64,000 bases of DNA from assembly GCA_039818205.1 (NCBI GenBank), contig JBCBUK010000002.1, forward strand, positions 1-64,000, given 5' to 3'. Positions 48,095 to 61,429 of the stretch are shown here, piece after piece; the first letter of the stretch is position 1, and each line of letters begins with the position of its first letter. The DNA comes from Verrucomicrobiota bacterium (GTDB lineage: Bacteria; Verrucomicrobiota; Verrucomicrobiia; Opitutales; Cerasicoccaceae). The notes beneath the pieces were generated by a model that was not told where the DNA came from, made no database searches, and saw only the letters and a list, made by a program, of their open reading frames with translations. Made by a program: the position numbers and the translations under genes.

Positions 48095-49285
48095 CTATTT
48101 CGCGTAGTAGCTGAGCAAACCGCTAATCACACCTTCGGCATACTCCTCAAGCAGCGCATCCCGATCGTCGCCAAGCCTCAGGTAGAAATCATCCGCGTTG
48201 GCAACACAGGGTTCCAGAAACACAGTCGGGCATTCAAATAGCCGATTAGCCATCAGGTTACGCGCCCAAACATAGGGATTCTCGTCGACGCGGATAGCAT
48301 TACTCCCGGTATACACATGAGGTGGCAGATCGTTAATCTGTCGAAAACTCTTGGTGAACGCGTTTGCAAGACCGCGCTCTTCCTCCCAGGATCGGTTCAG
48401 GAGTTTAATCAACATCTGAAGTCGTTGATCATCAAAGCTTAATTCGTTTTTACTATAGGCTCCATTAATTAGGTAGTGCGCGTAGCCACGTTCGGCCAAG
48501 GAGCGGTCCTTAGGAAAATGTGTGGCGTCCACATGGAGACAAAGAACGAGGTCTGGCTGGATATCCTCGTTTACGATCCGGGCCCGGGCCCGGATTTCGC
48601 TAACCCGGTAGAACAAGAGATTGGCTAAGGCCGTGATGCGCTTCTCTTGGTCTTCAATCTGGATATCCAGGCCAGGGGTGAGGGCGTCTTTTTCGGCAAT
48701 GAGTTCCGCTGCACGTGGACGCAAGGTGTCGGGGGTATCGGTGGTGACTGGTTTGGGTTCGGAGCGAACGAGATTTACGGTGGCGCCCAGCGCCTCGAGC
48801 CGCGGTTTCAATCGTTGCGCGACTTCAAGAACGAAGTCCCCCTCCCGGAAGAGCGGACCGTCGTCGGTTTTCCAGCTTCGATGTTCCATCGCTGCAAAGT
48901 CTCCACCAATGTGCCCCGGATCAAGTGCGACAACAATCCCTCCCAGTGGCTTATCTGGTTGGTCGTCAATGAGTTCATTTCTGGACTGCCAATAGCGCGG
49001 GCTGGCGCTGGGCGCTTCATCAATCGGGCGAAACCTGAGTTTGAACGGCTCGGAGTCACCCGTGAAGCGCTTGATCAGCGCGTGGGTGGGAAAGATTTCA
49101 ATCCATTCGTTGGCGGCTTCATTGGGGGCGTATTGGCTTTCGAGCAACCATCGGAAATCCGAGAACGTGACTTGGGCTTGATAATTTTCCAGCTGGCCCC
49201 AATCTGGCGATTTTCCCATCGAGGTCAGTTTTTCGGCCGCAAGATTGCTCATACAGATCAAGCTGAATAGAAACGCCAATCGCAT
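48095..49285 (-). CDS. N-acetylmuramoyl-L-alanine amidase (Amidase_3-like)
   Basis: Signal peptide from ATG 49285; VALDPGH, REG, LCLHVDA, VFLEP. Confidence 0.8.
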   Translation of the reverse strand: MRLAFLFSLICMSNLAAEKLTSMGKSPDWGQLENYQAQVTFSDFRWLLESQYAPNEAANEWIEIFPTHALIKRFTGDSEPFKLRFRPIDEAPSASPRYWQSRNELIDDQPDKPLGGIVVALDPGHIGGDFAAMEHRSWKTDDGPLFREGDFVLEVAQRLKPRLEALGATVNLVRSEPKPVTTDTPDTLRPRAAELIAEKDALTPGLDIQIEDQEKRITALANLLFYRVSEIRARARIVNEDIQPDLVLCLHVDATHFPKDRSLAERGYAHYLINGAYSKNELSFDDQRLQMLIKLLNRSWEEERGLANAFTKSFRQINDLPPHVYTGSNAIRVDENPYVWARNLMANRLFECPTVFLEPCVANADDFYLRLGDDRDALLEEYAEGVISGLLSYYAK

Positions 49286-49303
49286 CTCAATATCTTTGCC
49301 CTG

Positions 49304-50035
49304 ATGTCTATCGCCAAACAACTGGAAAATGCGGCAATCGTGCTTCGTAACGCCGTCGACACCCTGAAATTTGCCGCGCCGGTTACCCACGTTTACAACC
49401 CGCTGGACTATGCCATCGAGCCGCATCGCCAACTGATACAGCGTTACGGAAACTCCCGGAAGCGAGTCATCTTCATGGGAATGAATCCAGGACCATTTGG
49501 CATGGCGCAAACGGGAGTGCCTTTTGGCGAAATCACAGCCGTGCGGGATTGGATGGGGATCGAGGCCCCGGTGTCCCGCCCGGACAACGAGCATCCCAAG
49601 CGGCCTGTGGATGGATTTGCGTGCACGAAGAGCGAGGTTAGCGGACAGCGCCTTTGGGGGCTCATGAAGGAGCGTTTTGGTTCCGCGGAGACGTTTTTTT
49701 CAGATCACTATGTGGTGAACTACTGCCCGCTGCTATTCCTGGATGGCGCTGACGGAAAGTGTCGCAATTTGACGCCCGATAAGTTCAAGGCGTCCCAAAC
49801 AGAGGCCCTTTATGCGGCTTGCGACGCCCATTTGCTGGCTGTCCTCGATGCCTTGGAGCCCGAATGGTTGATTGGGGTGGGCAACTTTGGCATGGAGCAG
49901 CTGTCCAAAGTCGGATGGTCCAAGCCCCACAAAATCGGCAAGGTTCTGCACCCAAGCCCGGCGAGTCCTGCGGCAAATCGTGGTTGGGCCGAGGCAGCAA
50001 CTAAACAATTAATTGAGCAAGGTGTCTGGTCCTAG
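49304..50035 (+). CDS. SMUG1-type (family 3) uracil-DNA glycosylase
   Basis: YNPLDYA, GMNPGPFGMAQTGVPFG, SEVSGQRLW, NYCPL, HPSPASP. Confidence 0.92.
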   Translation: MSIAKQLENAAIVLRNAVDTLKFAAPVTHVYNPLDYAIEPHRQLIQRYGNSRKRVIFMGMNPGPFGMAQTGVPFGEITAVRDWMGIEAPVSRPDNEHPKRPVDGFACTKSEVSGQRLWGLMKERFGSAETFFSDHYVVNYCPLLFLDGADGKCRNLTPDKFKASQTEALYAACDAHLLAVLDALEPEWLIGVGNFGMEQLSKVGWSKPHKIGKVLHPSPASPAANRGWAEAATKQLIEQGVWS

Positions 50036-50048
50036 CGGTTCAATAGCA

Positions 50049-50381
50049 ATGTATTTTCTAGCATCTAAGCCAGAAGCGCTCGCGAGCAGTGGGCAGCAGT
50101 ATTGGGACCACGACCTTCTGAAGATGAAGGTTAACGCGGATACGGCTGCCTACGTGGCCTTTGCCGATGAAATCCTGGCCGAGCATTATATCGCCGCGCG
50201 ACAAGCGAGCGAAGTGGCTTATGCGCGTCCTGTGGCCACTTTTGATATTGAGCTGCTGGATGAGCTGGATGGCGGATCCATCGTGTTTTTTGGCGATCAA
50301 TCCATTCTGGAGGAATCGCTTCGCCTAGGGGCTGAATTCGATTTTTCGCGTCTGCTGAGGCCTTTCAAAACCAGCGATTAG
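50049..50381 (+). CDS. Hypothetical protein
   Basis: ATG 13 bp after the UDG stop; fills the gap to carB. Confidence 0.55.
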   Translation: MYFLASKPEALASSGQQYWDHDLLKMKVNADTAAYVAFADEILAEHYIAARQASEVAYARPVATFDIELLDELDGGSIVFFGDQSILEESLRLGAEFDFSRLLRPFKTSD

Positions 50382-50494
50382 CTCACTCGTAGGCGATTCA
50401 TCGAATGAACCGATGGGTTTCTGACGCAAAAAGGTTGCGCTGGACCGGAGTGGTGCCAAAACTCCGCCAAATTTTGCCCAAATAACGCTCTGAC

Positions 50495-53725
<3,231 letters not shown>

Positions 53726-53758
53726 TTCGGCGGCACTGATAAATTTCCCATTGTTTCG

Positions 53759-53795
53759 AACGGCATTTGTCACATGGCAAATGCCGTTTTCTTTT
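53759..53795 (+). terminator. Intrinsic terminator after carB
   Basis: AACGGCATTTGTCA-CA-TGGCAAATGCCGTT followed by TTCTTTT. Confidence 0.8.
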
Positions 53796-54022
53796 GTCGG
53801 ATGATTCGGGCTTGGAGGGCAATCCTTGTCGTACTGTTGAACGCAGACGCACTGCTTTTTGTATCGTTTTGGTATAAAACCAACCGAAATCGCATGAGTG
53901 TGACGTTTATGTTACGCGAGCGTCACGTGTTCGTAATATGTGACAGAAGTTTAACAACCTACCGCTAGTCAAGAGGGAGCAATTCTGTTCTACGTTGGCG
54001 TCAAACTTTGATTACATTCTCT

Positions 54023-54784
54023 ATGGGCATTCGTTTTATAGCAATCACCTGTCTCGTCGGCGCAATTTCAGTTGCTCCGCTGAACGCGCAAACGGACGTG
54101 TCTGACACGAAGGCAAAGCTGGCCAAGTGGGTTGAGACACGGCAGCTCATCTCGAAGGAAGCGTCGAATTGGCAAGTCGAGAAGGAATTCCTGATTTCGA
54201 CCGAGACGCTGCTGCAAGAACAGGCGGCAACACTCACGGAGCAGCTCGATAAGCTGCAAGAGGAGGGCACCGTAGCCGACGAAGAGCGTCGTGAGCTACT
54301 CGTCCGCCGCGCCGAGCTCCAGCGCACGATGACCGCACTCGAAGAGCGCGTTGCGGTGATGGAAGCCGAGGTATTACGTTTGGTGAAACTTTTCCCAGAA
54401 CCACTGCAGCGGAAGGTTGACCGTCTCGTCGTCGGAATCCCGGAGGATCCCGCCAGCACGAAGCTCCCGATCAGTAGCCGGATCACTCAAGTGTTGGGTG
54501 TCTTGATCCAAGCGGAGAAATTTAACAGCACCACAACCTCCTCCGGCGAGATTCGCGAAGTGGGTGATCAGAAGATCCAAGTCGATACGCTCTACTGGGG
54601 CTTGTCTTACGCGGTTTACGTCGACCCAAAAGGCGAGATCGCCGGGTTCGGTGTTCCTGGTCCAGACGGCTGGGATTGGGTTGAAGATAACGACGCGGCA
54701 CCTCAGGTCCGCAAGTTTATGGATATTAACCAGGGTAACACCGAAGTGATCGAGTTCGTCGAGCTACCGTTCACCGTCAAGTAA
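54023..54784 (+). CDS. DUF3450 family periplasmic protein (TtpB-like)
   Basis: Signal peptide, coiled coil, TLYWGL..GWDW..ELP; first gene of the TonB operon. Confidence 0.75.
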   Translation: MGIRFIAITCLVGAISVAPLNAQTDVSDTKAKLAKWVETRQLISKEASNWQVEKEFLISTETLLQEQAATLTEQLDKLQEEGTVADEERRELLVRRAELQRTMTALEERVAVMEAEVLRLVKLFPEPLQRKVDRLVVGIPEDPASTKLPISSRITQVLGVLIQAEKFNSTTTSSGEIREVGDQKIQVDTLYWGLSYAVYVDPKGEIAGFGVPGPDGWDWVEDNDAAPQVRKFMDINQGNTEVIEFVELPFTVK

Positions 54785-54808
54785 GTATCTAAGAAACGCT
54801 ATTTTACC

Positions 54809-56269
54809 ATGAAACGGATGCACGCTATTACTTTTTCCATCGCCTGTTTGGGCGTTTCTTTGAGTCCTCTGCTTGCTCAAAGTGATTTTGCTTCGGTTAA
54901 CAGCGATATCGACGCCAAGCTCGAAGCCTCTTTGGCGGAACTCGCCGAAGTGCGTGATGAGATCGCGACTGACAAGATTCCTCTTTCACGTTCGGTCAAC
55001 GAGCTTGAGTCGGAGGTAGTCACTCTGCGTCGCGAGCAAGATCGTCTGCTTAAAATCAAGGACAGCCGCACGATCGACCTTTCATCCCTGCGCACACAGG
55101 TAGATCAGCTTGAAGACCAAGCCGAGTTTGTTGGCAATCGCCTCAAGGAGTTTATCAACGAGTTTGAAGGCCGGGTTCACGCCAGTGAGCTGCCCTTTTA
55201 TCAAGAGGACGTTTATGCTGCCAAGCAGGCGCCGGTTAACGTTAACCTGACCGAGGAGGAAAAGCGTGATATCCAAATTGCCGTTGTTGATTCGGCGATG
55301 AAGCGCATTGAAAATCTCATCGGTGGGCACGGTTACGAAGGTTCTGCTTTGAGCGACGGTGTTCTCTTGGACGGGCGCTTCGTCTCGGCTGGGCCGGCAG
55401 TCTACTTTGCGAGCAATGATGGTTCTGTTTATGGCTTAGTCGAATCCCAGGCGAACATCGCTGACCCCGTGGTCGTTGATTTGCCGAACAGCGTTGACGG
55501 TGGGATCAATGACACCGCAACCAGCGGAACAGGAACACTTCCCTTTGACGTTACTGGCGGCAAGGCACTCAAGGTTGAGATGTCCCGCAAATCACTGGGT
55601 GCCTACGTAGAAGACGGTGGCGAAGTTGGTTATGTCATCATCGCTTTGGGCATCATCGGTATTCTATTAGCGTTCTTCAAATGTTTCGAGATCCTTGGCT
55701 TCAAGGTCGCGAAACCCAAGGACATTGATGCGATCCTCGACGACGTGGAGAACGGTAACCACACAGCAGCCCAGGACAAAGCCAATAAGATTGGCGGATC
55801 CGCTGGTGAGATGTTGGCGGCTGGTGTTGTGAACTCCGAAGAAAAGCGCGGTATCTTGGAAGAGATGATGTTTGAACGCATCCTGAAGGCCCGTCCGTAC
55901 CTTGAGCGATTCTTGCCTTTCTTGGCGATCACTGCAGCCGCGGCACCACTCCTTGGTTTGTTGGGAACGGTTATCGGTATGATTAAGACCTTCCAATTGA
56001 TTACGATTTTCGGAACGGGTGATGCGAAGAGCCTTTCCTCCGGTATCTCGGAAGCGCTTGTAACCACCGCGCTCGGTTTGATCGTCGCGATCCCAACTTT
56101 GATTTTGCACGGGATGCTCTCACGTATGGCGAAGCGTAAGCTTGGTCTGCTCGAGCAAGGTGCGGTGGCCTTCGTGAACGGTGTGATGGCACGCCGCCAC
56201 CAGCCAACGCCAAAGCCTGAGCCGGAGCCGGTGCTCGAAGAGTCCGAGGAAGACAAGAAGAAGGATTAA
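54809..56269 (+). CDS. Long MotA/TolQ/ExbB-family protein (TtpC-like)
   Basis: Signal peptide and a large periplasmic domain, then APLLGLLGTVIGMI and GISEALVTTALGL. Confidence 0.9.
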   Translation: MKRMHAITFSIACLGVSLSPLLAQSDFASVNSDIDAKLEASLAELAEVRDEIATDKIPLSRSVNELESEVVTLRREQDRLLKIKDSRTIDLSSLRTQVDQLEDQAEFVGNRLKEFINEFEGRVHASELPFYQEDVYAAKQAPVNVNLTEEEKRDIQIAVVDSAMKRIENLIGGHGYEGSALSDGVLLDGRFVSAGPAVYFASNDGSVYGLVESQANIADPVVVDLPNSVDGGINDTATSGTGTLPFDVTGGKALKVEMSRKSLGAYVEDGGEVGYVIIALGIIGILLAFFKCFEILGFKVAKPKDIDAILDDVENGNHTAAQDKANKIGGSAGEMLAAGVVNSEEKRGILEEMMFERILKARPYLERFLPFLAITAAAAPLLGLLGTVIGMIKTFQLITIFGTGDAKSLSSGISEALVTTALGLIVAIPTLILHGMLSRMAKRKLGLLEQGAVAFVNGVMARRHQPTPKPEPEPVLEESEEDKKKD

Positions 56270-56287
56270 TCCTTTCCCTTAAATGCA

Positions 56288-56881
56288 ATGGGCGAAATAA
56301 CCATAGAGAAGATCATTCAAGTATGGCAGAGCGGGGGCACTGTGATGATTCCCCTGTTTTTCCTCGCTTGTCTGCTCTATACGCAAGCCTTCCAGCTGAT
56401 TTTTTATGTCCGTCGCACGAGCCTGAAAAAAAGCCAGGAGTTCCAATGGGCCGAGTGGGTCATGGAGCCGGAAAAAGCTGAAGGTCGCGTGGCCGAGATT
56501 ATTCGTTACACGCAAACGGACATCTCCTCAGCCAAACAGGTGCGCAATCGCTTCGACGAAGTGCGCATGGCCTTACTCAACCTCGTTGACCGTCGGATTC
56601 GCTTTGTGAACACCTTGGTGGCCACGGCACCTTTGCTCGGATTGCTCGGAACGGTGATCGGGATGCTGCAAACATTTCTGACGCTGGCCACCAGTAGCAG
56701 CGGCGAAGTCGCCAGCATTTCTGCCGGCATTTCCGAAGCTCTTTTGACCACCTTGACCGGGCTGATCATCGCGCTTCCTGGCCTGTTCATGGTGATGATT
56801 GTTCAGCGAATGAAACACGGCCTCGAAGCGCATGTAATGCGACTCGAGTGTCTCACCCTCAGCACCCTCAGAATCGACTAG
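56288..56881 (+). CDS. exbB: ExbB/TolQ proton-channel protein
   Basis: GGTVMIPL, APLLGLLGTVIGM, GISEALLTT. Confidence 0.88.
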   Translation: MGEITIEKIIQVWQSGGTVMIPLFFLACLLYTQAFQLIFYVRRTSLKKSQEFQWAEWVMEPEKAEGRVAEIIRYTQTDISSAKQVRNRFDEVRMALLNLVDRRIRFVNTLVATAPLLGLLGTVIGMLQTFLTLATSSSGEVASISAGISEALLTTLTGLIIALPGLFMVMIVQRMKHGLEAHVMRLECLTLSTLRID

Positions 56882-56883
56882 TC

Positions 56884-57291
56884 ATGGCGAGAAGAAGTAT
56901 TCTAGCTGAGAACGAAGAAGCGACGGAGATCAATCTGTCGTCCATGATCGACTGTATCTTTATCCTTCTAATCTTCTTCATCGTGACGACGGTTTTCGTT
57001 GAGGAGAGCGGCTTGGAGGTTAACAAACCAGATGCCGCTGCCGCCTCAAATTCCGATGAGGAAAATGAGTCGGTGGTTCTCGAAATTACCGCTCAAAACA
57101 AGATTTTGGTGGACGGTAAGGAAATCGCTCTATCCGAGGTCGCGAATCGAGTTAAAGCGGGTATGAAAAACGAGGAAACTCCAGTCATTATCCGCTCCCA
57201 CGAAAACGCCAAGCATGGCGTGTTCCTTGGTGTTTGGGACCAAGCGGTCATCGGTGGTGCCGATCAACTGAGCTTCAACACGACTAATTAG
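56884..57291 (+). CDS. exbD: ExbD/TolR biopolymer transporter
   Basis: [22 protein letters not shown]. Confidence 0.88.
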   Translation: MARRSILAENEEATEINLSSMIDCIFILLIFFIVTTVFVEESGLEVNKPDAAAASNSDEENESVVLEITAQNKILVDGKEIALSEVANRVKAGMKNEETPVIIRSHENAKHGVFLGVWDQAVIGGADQLSFNTTN

Positions 57292-57302
57292 GAGATCATC
57301 GC

Positions 57303-57707
57303 ATGGCTGGACGTAGCATAATGAACGAACCCGATGAAGAGACAGAGATTAATCTGTCTCCGATGATCGACTGTATTTTCATCCTGTTGATCTTCTTTAT
57401 TGTCACAACCGTTTTCGTTGAAGAGCCCGGTGTTGATATCATCAAACCGGATGCGGTTACCGACGTGGATCTGGAAAAAAACAGCATCATCATTGCGATC
57501 ACCGCAGATAACAAAGTGGTCTATGGTGGCAAAGAAATCGGTATTTCCGGTGTTGGCCCGCGGGTAAAGCAGATGGTCAGCAAAGATGATATGCCGGTAA
57601 TCATTCAAGCCGACCAAGGATCGGACCATGGAGTTTTTTCCAAGGTTTGGTCAGAGGTCAAAAACGCTGGCGCGAAGAAGATCAGCGTATCCACCTTCCG
57701 AGGGTAA
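57303..57707 (+). CDS. exbD: ExbD/TolR biopolymer transporter (second copy)
   Basis: [29 protein letters not shown]. Confidence 0.9.
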   Translation: MAGRSIMNEPDEETEINLSPMIDCIFILLIFFIVTTVFVEEPGVDIIKPDAVTDVDLEKNSIIIAITADNKVVYGGKEIGISGVGPRVKQMVSKDDMPVIIQADQGSDHGVFSKVWSEVKNAGAKKISVSTFRG

Positions 57708-57712
57708 CTTAG

Positions 57713-58378
57713 ATGTCGGCTCCTAAATCATTTCAGATCCCCACCGCGCGAACCGATTTGCCGATCGGAATTGCGATCGGCGTGACCTTCTCTATTGGGC
57801 TGTTTGTCCTGATGGCGATCGCTCCCTTGATCGGCGATGTTAAGCCGCCGAAGAACGAGCTGGAAACTAAGGAGATCGCAATGCAGCCGCCAAGCCTGGA
57901 TGAGTTTGAGGAACCACCGGAGGAACCGGATCCACCTGAGGAGCCGCCGCCCGAATTGGAAGAGCCTCCACCCGAAATCTCCCTGGACGCGTTGGACATC
58001 GCCTTGAATCCTGGAACCGGGGGAACCCTGGCGGGTGATTTCGCTTTACCCAGCGTTTCGGCTTCCGCCGGTGAGCTTGGAACCGAAGAATTAATTGATT
58101 TTTCCGACCTCGACCAACCGCCGTCTTTGCTCGACAAGAGCCCGTTCAAATATCCGCGCAGTTTGACGATGAAAAAGGTCAATGGTCGCGTCGTCGTTTA
58201 CATCGAGCTGGACGAACAGGGGAACGTCACCAAAGCCGAAGTTGCCGAATCCACGCTGCCGCAATTCAATAGCTTCGTCGTCAAGGAAATGAGTAGCCGT
58301 AAGTTTTCGGCCCCAAGCCTACAAGGGCGACCCGTGAAAGCTAGAGCGAGGCTGCCAATTAATATTAATATCAATTAA
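57713..58378 (+). CDS. tonB: Energy transducer TonB
   Basis: TM segment, Pro/Glu-rich linker, YP..GRVVV..GNV..FSAP..GRPV. Confidence 0.88.
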   Translation: MSAPKSFQIPTARTDLPIGIAIGVTFSIGLFVLMAIAPLIGDVKPPKNELETKEIAMQPPSLDEFEEPPEEPDPPEEPPPELEEPPPEISLDALDIALNPGTGGTLAGDFALPSVSASAGELGTEELIDFSDLDQPPSLLDKSPFKYPRSLTMKKVNGRVVVYIELDEQGNVTKAEVAESTLPQFNSFVVKEMSSRKFSAPSLQGRPVKARARLPINININ

Positions 58379-58392
58379 ATTTCTACAAGAAC

Positions 58393-59781
58393 ATGAGAAG
58401 GTCCATTTCAATCCTCTTCACCAGTTTATCGCTGTCGGCGGGTTCACTCTTCGCCCAGGCTGAATTGCCCGCGCCGAGCGACGATCTCCTGCTCGAGCCA
58501 AGTCCATCCATTATGGACGATCCAGAATGGCAGAAGCGTTTTCTTGGCAGCTATGGCTTCTTGCCCGCTTTGGAACCCAAAGTAAATCAGGATGAGCTTG
58601 AGATCTTGCGCGACCTGATCGAACTGATGAAGGCAGATGCGGCCGCCGCGGCAACTCAGCTATCGGCCAACGTCAATGCCGAGAGTAGCCCGGCTTTAGT
58701 GTTCATCCTGGGTAATCTTTACTTCCAGGAAGGCCAGCTGGAAGAAGCAAAGAAATACTACCTTCAGGCGGTTGAGCGCCACCCGGACTTTCGCCGCGCC
58801 CACAAAAATCTGGGTCTCTTGTTCATGCAGGATCAAGATTTCAAGACTGCTCAGAAGCACTTCGCGCGTGCGGCAGAATTGGGCGAGCATGATGGCCGCA
58901 CCCACGGACTCATGGGGTTCGCCTACCTTAGCCAAGAGAATTACATTGCCGCAGAAGAAGCCTACCGCGACGCCATTCAGCAGGAGCCCGACGTAAAGGA
59001 CTGGCGCCTTGGCCTTGCCCGCGTATTGCTTGCAACCGAACGCTTTGGCGAAGCGGTTGCTCTGTTCGACAATTTGATCCAGGAAAACCCAACGGACGAT
59101 ACGCTTTGGCTCCTGCAATCGAACGCCTACCTCGGTATGGGTAAACCGCTGGAGGCCGTGGTAAATATCGAAGCGGTGCGAGCCTTGGGTAAACCGAAAA
59201 GAGAGAGCCTGATGCTGCTTGGAGACATCTATTTGAGTATGGAGATGCCCAGCCAAGCCTTGGACGCCTACCGAGAAGTGATTGACCGTGATGAAGGCCA
59301 ATCAAGCTACTCGACAATTTTCCGTGCCGCAAATCTCCTCTATCAGACTCGCAACAATCGCGAAGCAGCGGACTTGTTGGATTCCATCGAAGTGAAGTAT
59401 GCGGATTCATTGGACGTCAACAAGGAGCTCGAGCTACTAACCCTTAAGGCCAAGATTGCCCGGATCAACGGTGACAACGATCAGGCTGCCGAAATCCTGA
59501 AATCGATCGTTCGTCGTGATGGTACCCGTGGCGAAGCGCTAATAGAGCTCGCCGAATACTACCGCGACCAGGGCAAGCTTGAAGAAGCATTGATGTATAT
59601 TACGCAAGCCGAAGGCCTGGAAAAATTTGAAGCTAAAGCGCTTGCTAAACATGCGCAGATGCTTGTGAAGCAGCGCAAGTATGCGGAAGCCGCCGGTCTC
59701 CTCCAGCGTTCTCTAAATTTGAAACCCGACCCTCGGGTTGAGCGCTTTCTCGAGCAGGTTAAACGCGCTAGCCTCCGCTAA
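58393..59781 (+). CDS. Periplasmic TPR protein (TtpD-like)
   Basis: Signal peptide; multiple TPRs (LGNLYFQEGQLEEAKKYY, AHKNLGLLF). Confidence 0.88.
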   Translation: MRRSISILFTSLSLSAGSLFAQAELPAPSDDLLLEPSPSIMDDPEWQKRFLGSYGFLPALEPKVNQDELEILRDLIELMKADAAAAATQLSANVNAESSPALVFILGNLYFQEGQLEEAKKYYLQAVERHPDFRRAHKNLGLLFMQDQDFKTAQKHFARAAELGEHDGRTHGLMGFAYLSQENYIAAEEAYRDAIQQEPDVKDWRLGLARVLLATERFGEAVALFDNLIQENPTDDTLWLLQSNAYLGMGKPLEAVVNIEAVRALGKPKRESLMLLGDIYLSMEMPSQALDAYREVIDRDEGQSSYSTIFRAANLLYQTRNNREAADLLDSIEVKYADSLDVNKELELLTLKAKIARINGDNDQAAEILKSIVRRDGTRGEALIELAEYYRDQGKLEEALMYITQAEGLEKFEAKALAKHAQMLVKQRKYAEAAGLLQRSLNLKPDPRVERFLEQVKRASLR

Positions 59782-59816
59782 CTGGAATATCCATTGAAAT
59801 GTTACTCGAAACAAAC

Positions 59817-60611
59817 ATGAAGCATTTTGCGAAGCAACTCCTCTGGTTGTGCGCGATCGCGCTGTGTTGTGCCTCGAGTTTCGCGGCTCAAGAAAACTAC
59901 CGCCTTCGCGGTGTTCTCGATTTTGGCCGTTCCACCCAATTGACCTTGGTCAACGAGCGCACGGGCGCGGTCCACCAATTGAAAGTCGGCGATTCCCAAA
60001 ATCGCGCCATCCACGTCGTGAGTTGGGATGAGGGGCGCCAGGAAGCACAGGTCAGTGTCAATGGCCACATTGTCGTTCTCAAGATGGACGTGATGGACGA
60101 GAATTACTCGCTACCGACGCCCACGATATCTGCGAACCGATCAGGATCCATTGCCTTCGGAGGCAATTCTCAGGCTAACTCGTTGCCGGCAAATAGTGAA
60201 CCCAAACGTTTCTTGAATGGGAATCCAGCGGCAGGAAACTTGGAGAACACCACCTCGCCGACAGGCCCTTCCAATCCTGTTAACAACCGATCTGGTTTTG
60301 GAACCGGCAGCACGGGAGTCTCTTCGACAAACGTAGGGCAGGGAAGCTCACCGTTTGGCGAAGGCACCGATACTGGCAAAACCCAATCGGTTGGTTCTGT
60401 ACTTCCTGCGCGAAGTCGATCGGCCCAGATAACCGCGGCTGAGTGGTTCGGAGTTCAAGACAGCACGAATAATGTCACATTTCAGTTCCCAGGAACGGGA
60501 AGTTCCGATGGGGACGCGAGCAATGGCATGAAGGGGCAGCAAAACCCAATTTTGCCAACCGTTGATCCTTCGCCAAAAATAGATGCCAAAGAATTTTTTA
60601 CGACTCCCTGA
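59817..60611 (+). CDS. Secreted hypothetical protein with low-complexity S/G/N/T tail
   Basis: Signal peptide; co-oriented within the TonB operon. Confidence 0.6.
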   Translation: MKHFAKQLLWLCAIALCCASSFAAQENYRLRGVLDFGRSTQLTLVNERTGAVHQLKVGDSQNRAIHVVSWDEGRQEAQVSVNGHIVVLKMDVMDENYSLPTPTISANRSGSIAFGGNSQANSLPANSEPKRFLNGNPAAGNLENTTSPTGPSNPVNNRSGFGTGSTGVSSTNVGQGSSPFGEGTDTGKTQSVGSVLPARSRSAQITAAEWFGVQDSTNNVTFQFPGTGSSDGDASNGMKGQQNPILPTVDPSPKIDAKEFFTTP

Positions 60612-61408
60612 TGAAAGTAGTTGTTAGCATATTGATTTCGCTTTTGCTCTCAGCCCACGCCGCGTTGGGCTCCACGGTTGAGGAGTGGAACACGCAGACG
60701 GATTTTTGGCCAGTTTGGGTCAAAATGAAACGGGTTATCGAGAACGAGGATGCGCCGGATGTTCGCATTGGGCGTCGTGGATTGGTCTCTCGGGTCGAAG
60801 GAGAAGAAGTCATCTTGGATTTTGGCGGAGAGGGTATTCACCGAGTCGCAATTTCGGATACCGATTTTGTCGAGGAGTTCGACGAGAAGGTCACGAAGGA
60901 CATTCGTAACCTCAGGGGAGGCATTGTTGGTGAGTTAATAGGAAACAAGCTTTTCCTGCCGGGCGTTGAAGGTCGCCCCCCAACCGAGTTTACCGAATAC
61001 TTCGACACCCGATATTTCCTGATTTACTACGCACCGATTGCCGATGAGCAGTCTTTGGTAATTGCTCAGGATATGGAGCGTTTTTTTGCCGGGTCAGCTT
61101 ACGAGTTCGTTACGTCGGTTTGGATGCCTACGGATGAGTATATGACTATTCGACACAATGTCGAAAACCTGGACGGCAAACTCTCCAGACGGTGGAAGGC
61201 TTTTATTCCTCAGTTTGCGCCTGGCTACCGGAAGTACTTTTCGCATGACGTTCCTGATAATGAGCCGACCCTTGTGTTGATTGACCGCAATGGTCGCATT
61301 GTCTACCGCGCAAAAGTTTCTGAGGACCCAAATTTAACTGCACTTACTCAAGCACTCAGCGCTGATGTCAAATCAGTGCACGCATCGACGGGAGCCAATC
61401 CCAGTTGA
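60611..61408 (+). CDS. Secreted hypothetical protein, thioredoxin-like C-terminus without CxxC
   Basis: Signal peptide; YFLIYY..PTLVLIDRNGRIVY; 1-nt overlap with the upstream gene. Confidence 0.6.
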   Translation: MKVVVSILISLLLSAHAALGSTVEEWNTQTDFWPVWVKMKRVIENEDAPDVRIGRRGLVSRVEGEEVILDFGGEGIHRVAISDTDFVEEFDEKVTKDIRNLRGGIVGELIGNKLFLPGVEGRPPTEFTEYFDTRYFLIYYAPIADEQSLVIAQDMERFFAGSAYEFVTSVWMPTDEYMTIRHNVENLDGKLSRRWKAFIPQFAPGYRKYFSHDVPDNEPTLVLIDRNGRIVYRAKVSEDPNLTALTQALSADVKSVHASTGANPS

Positions 61409-61429
61409 TCGATCCTATTTTTCGCTCCT

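Noticed and set aside
49286..49594. N-terminal extension of the amidase ORF
   Set aside because: It is antisense to the SMUG1 gene; the signal peptide starts at 49285.
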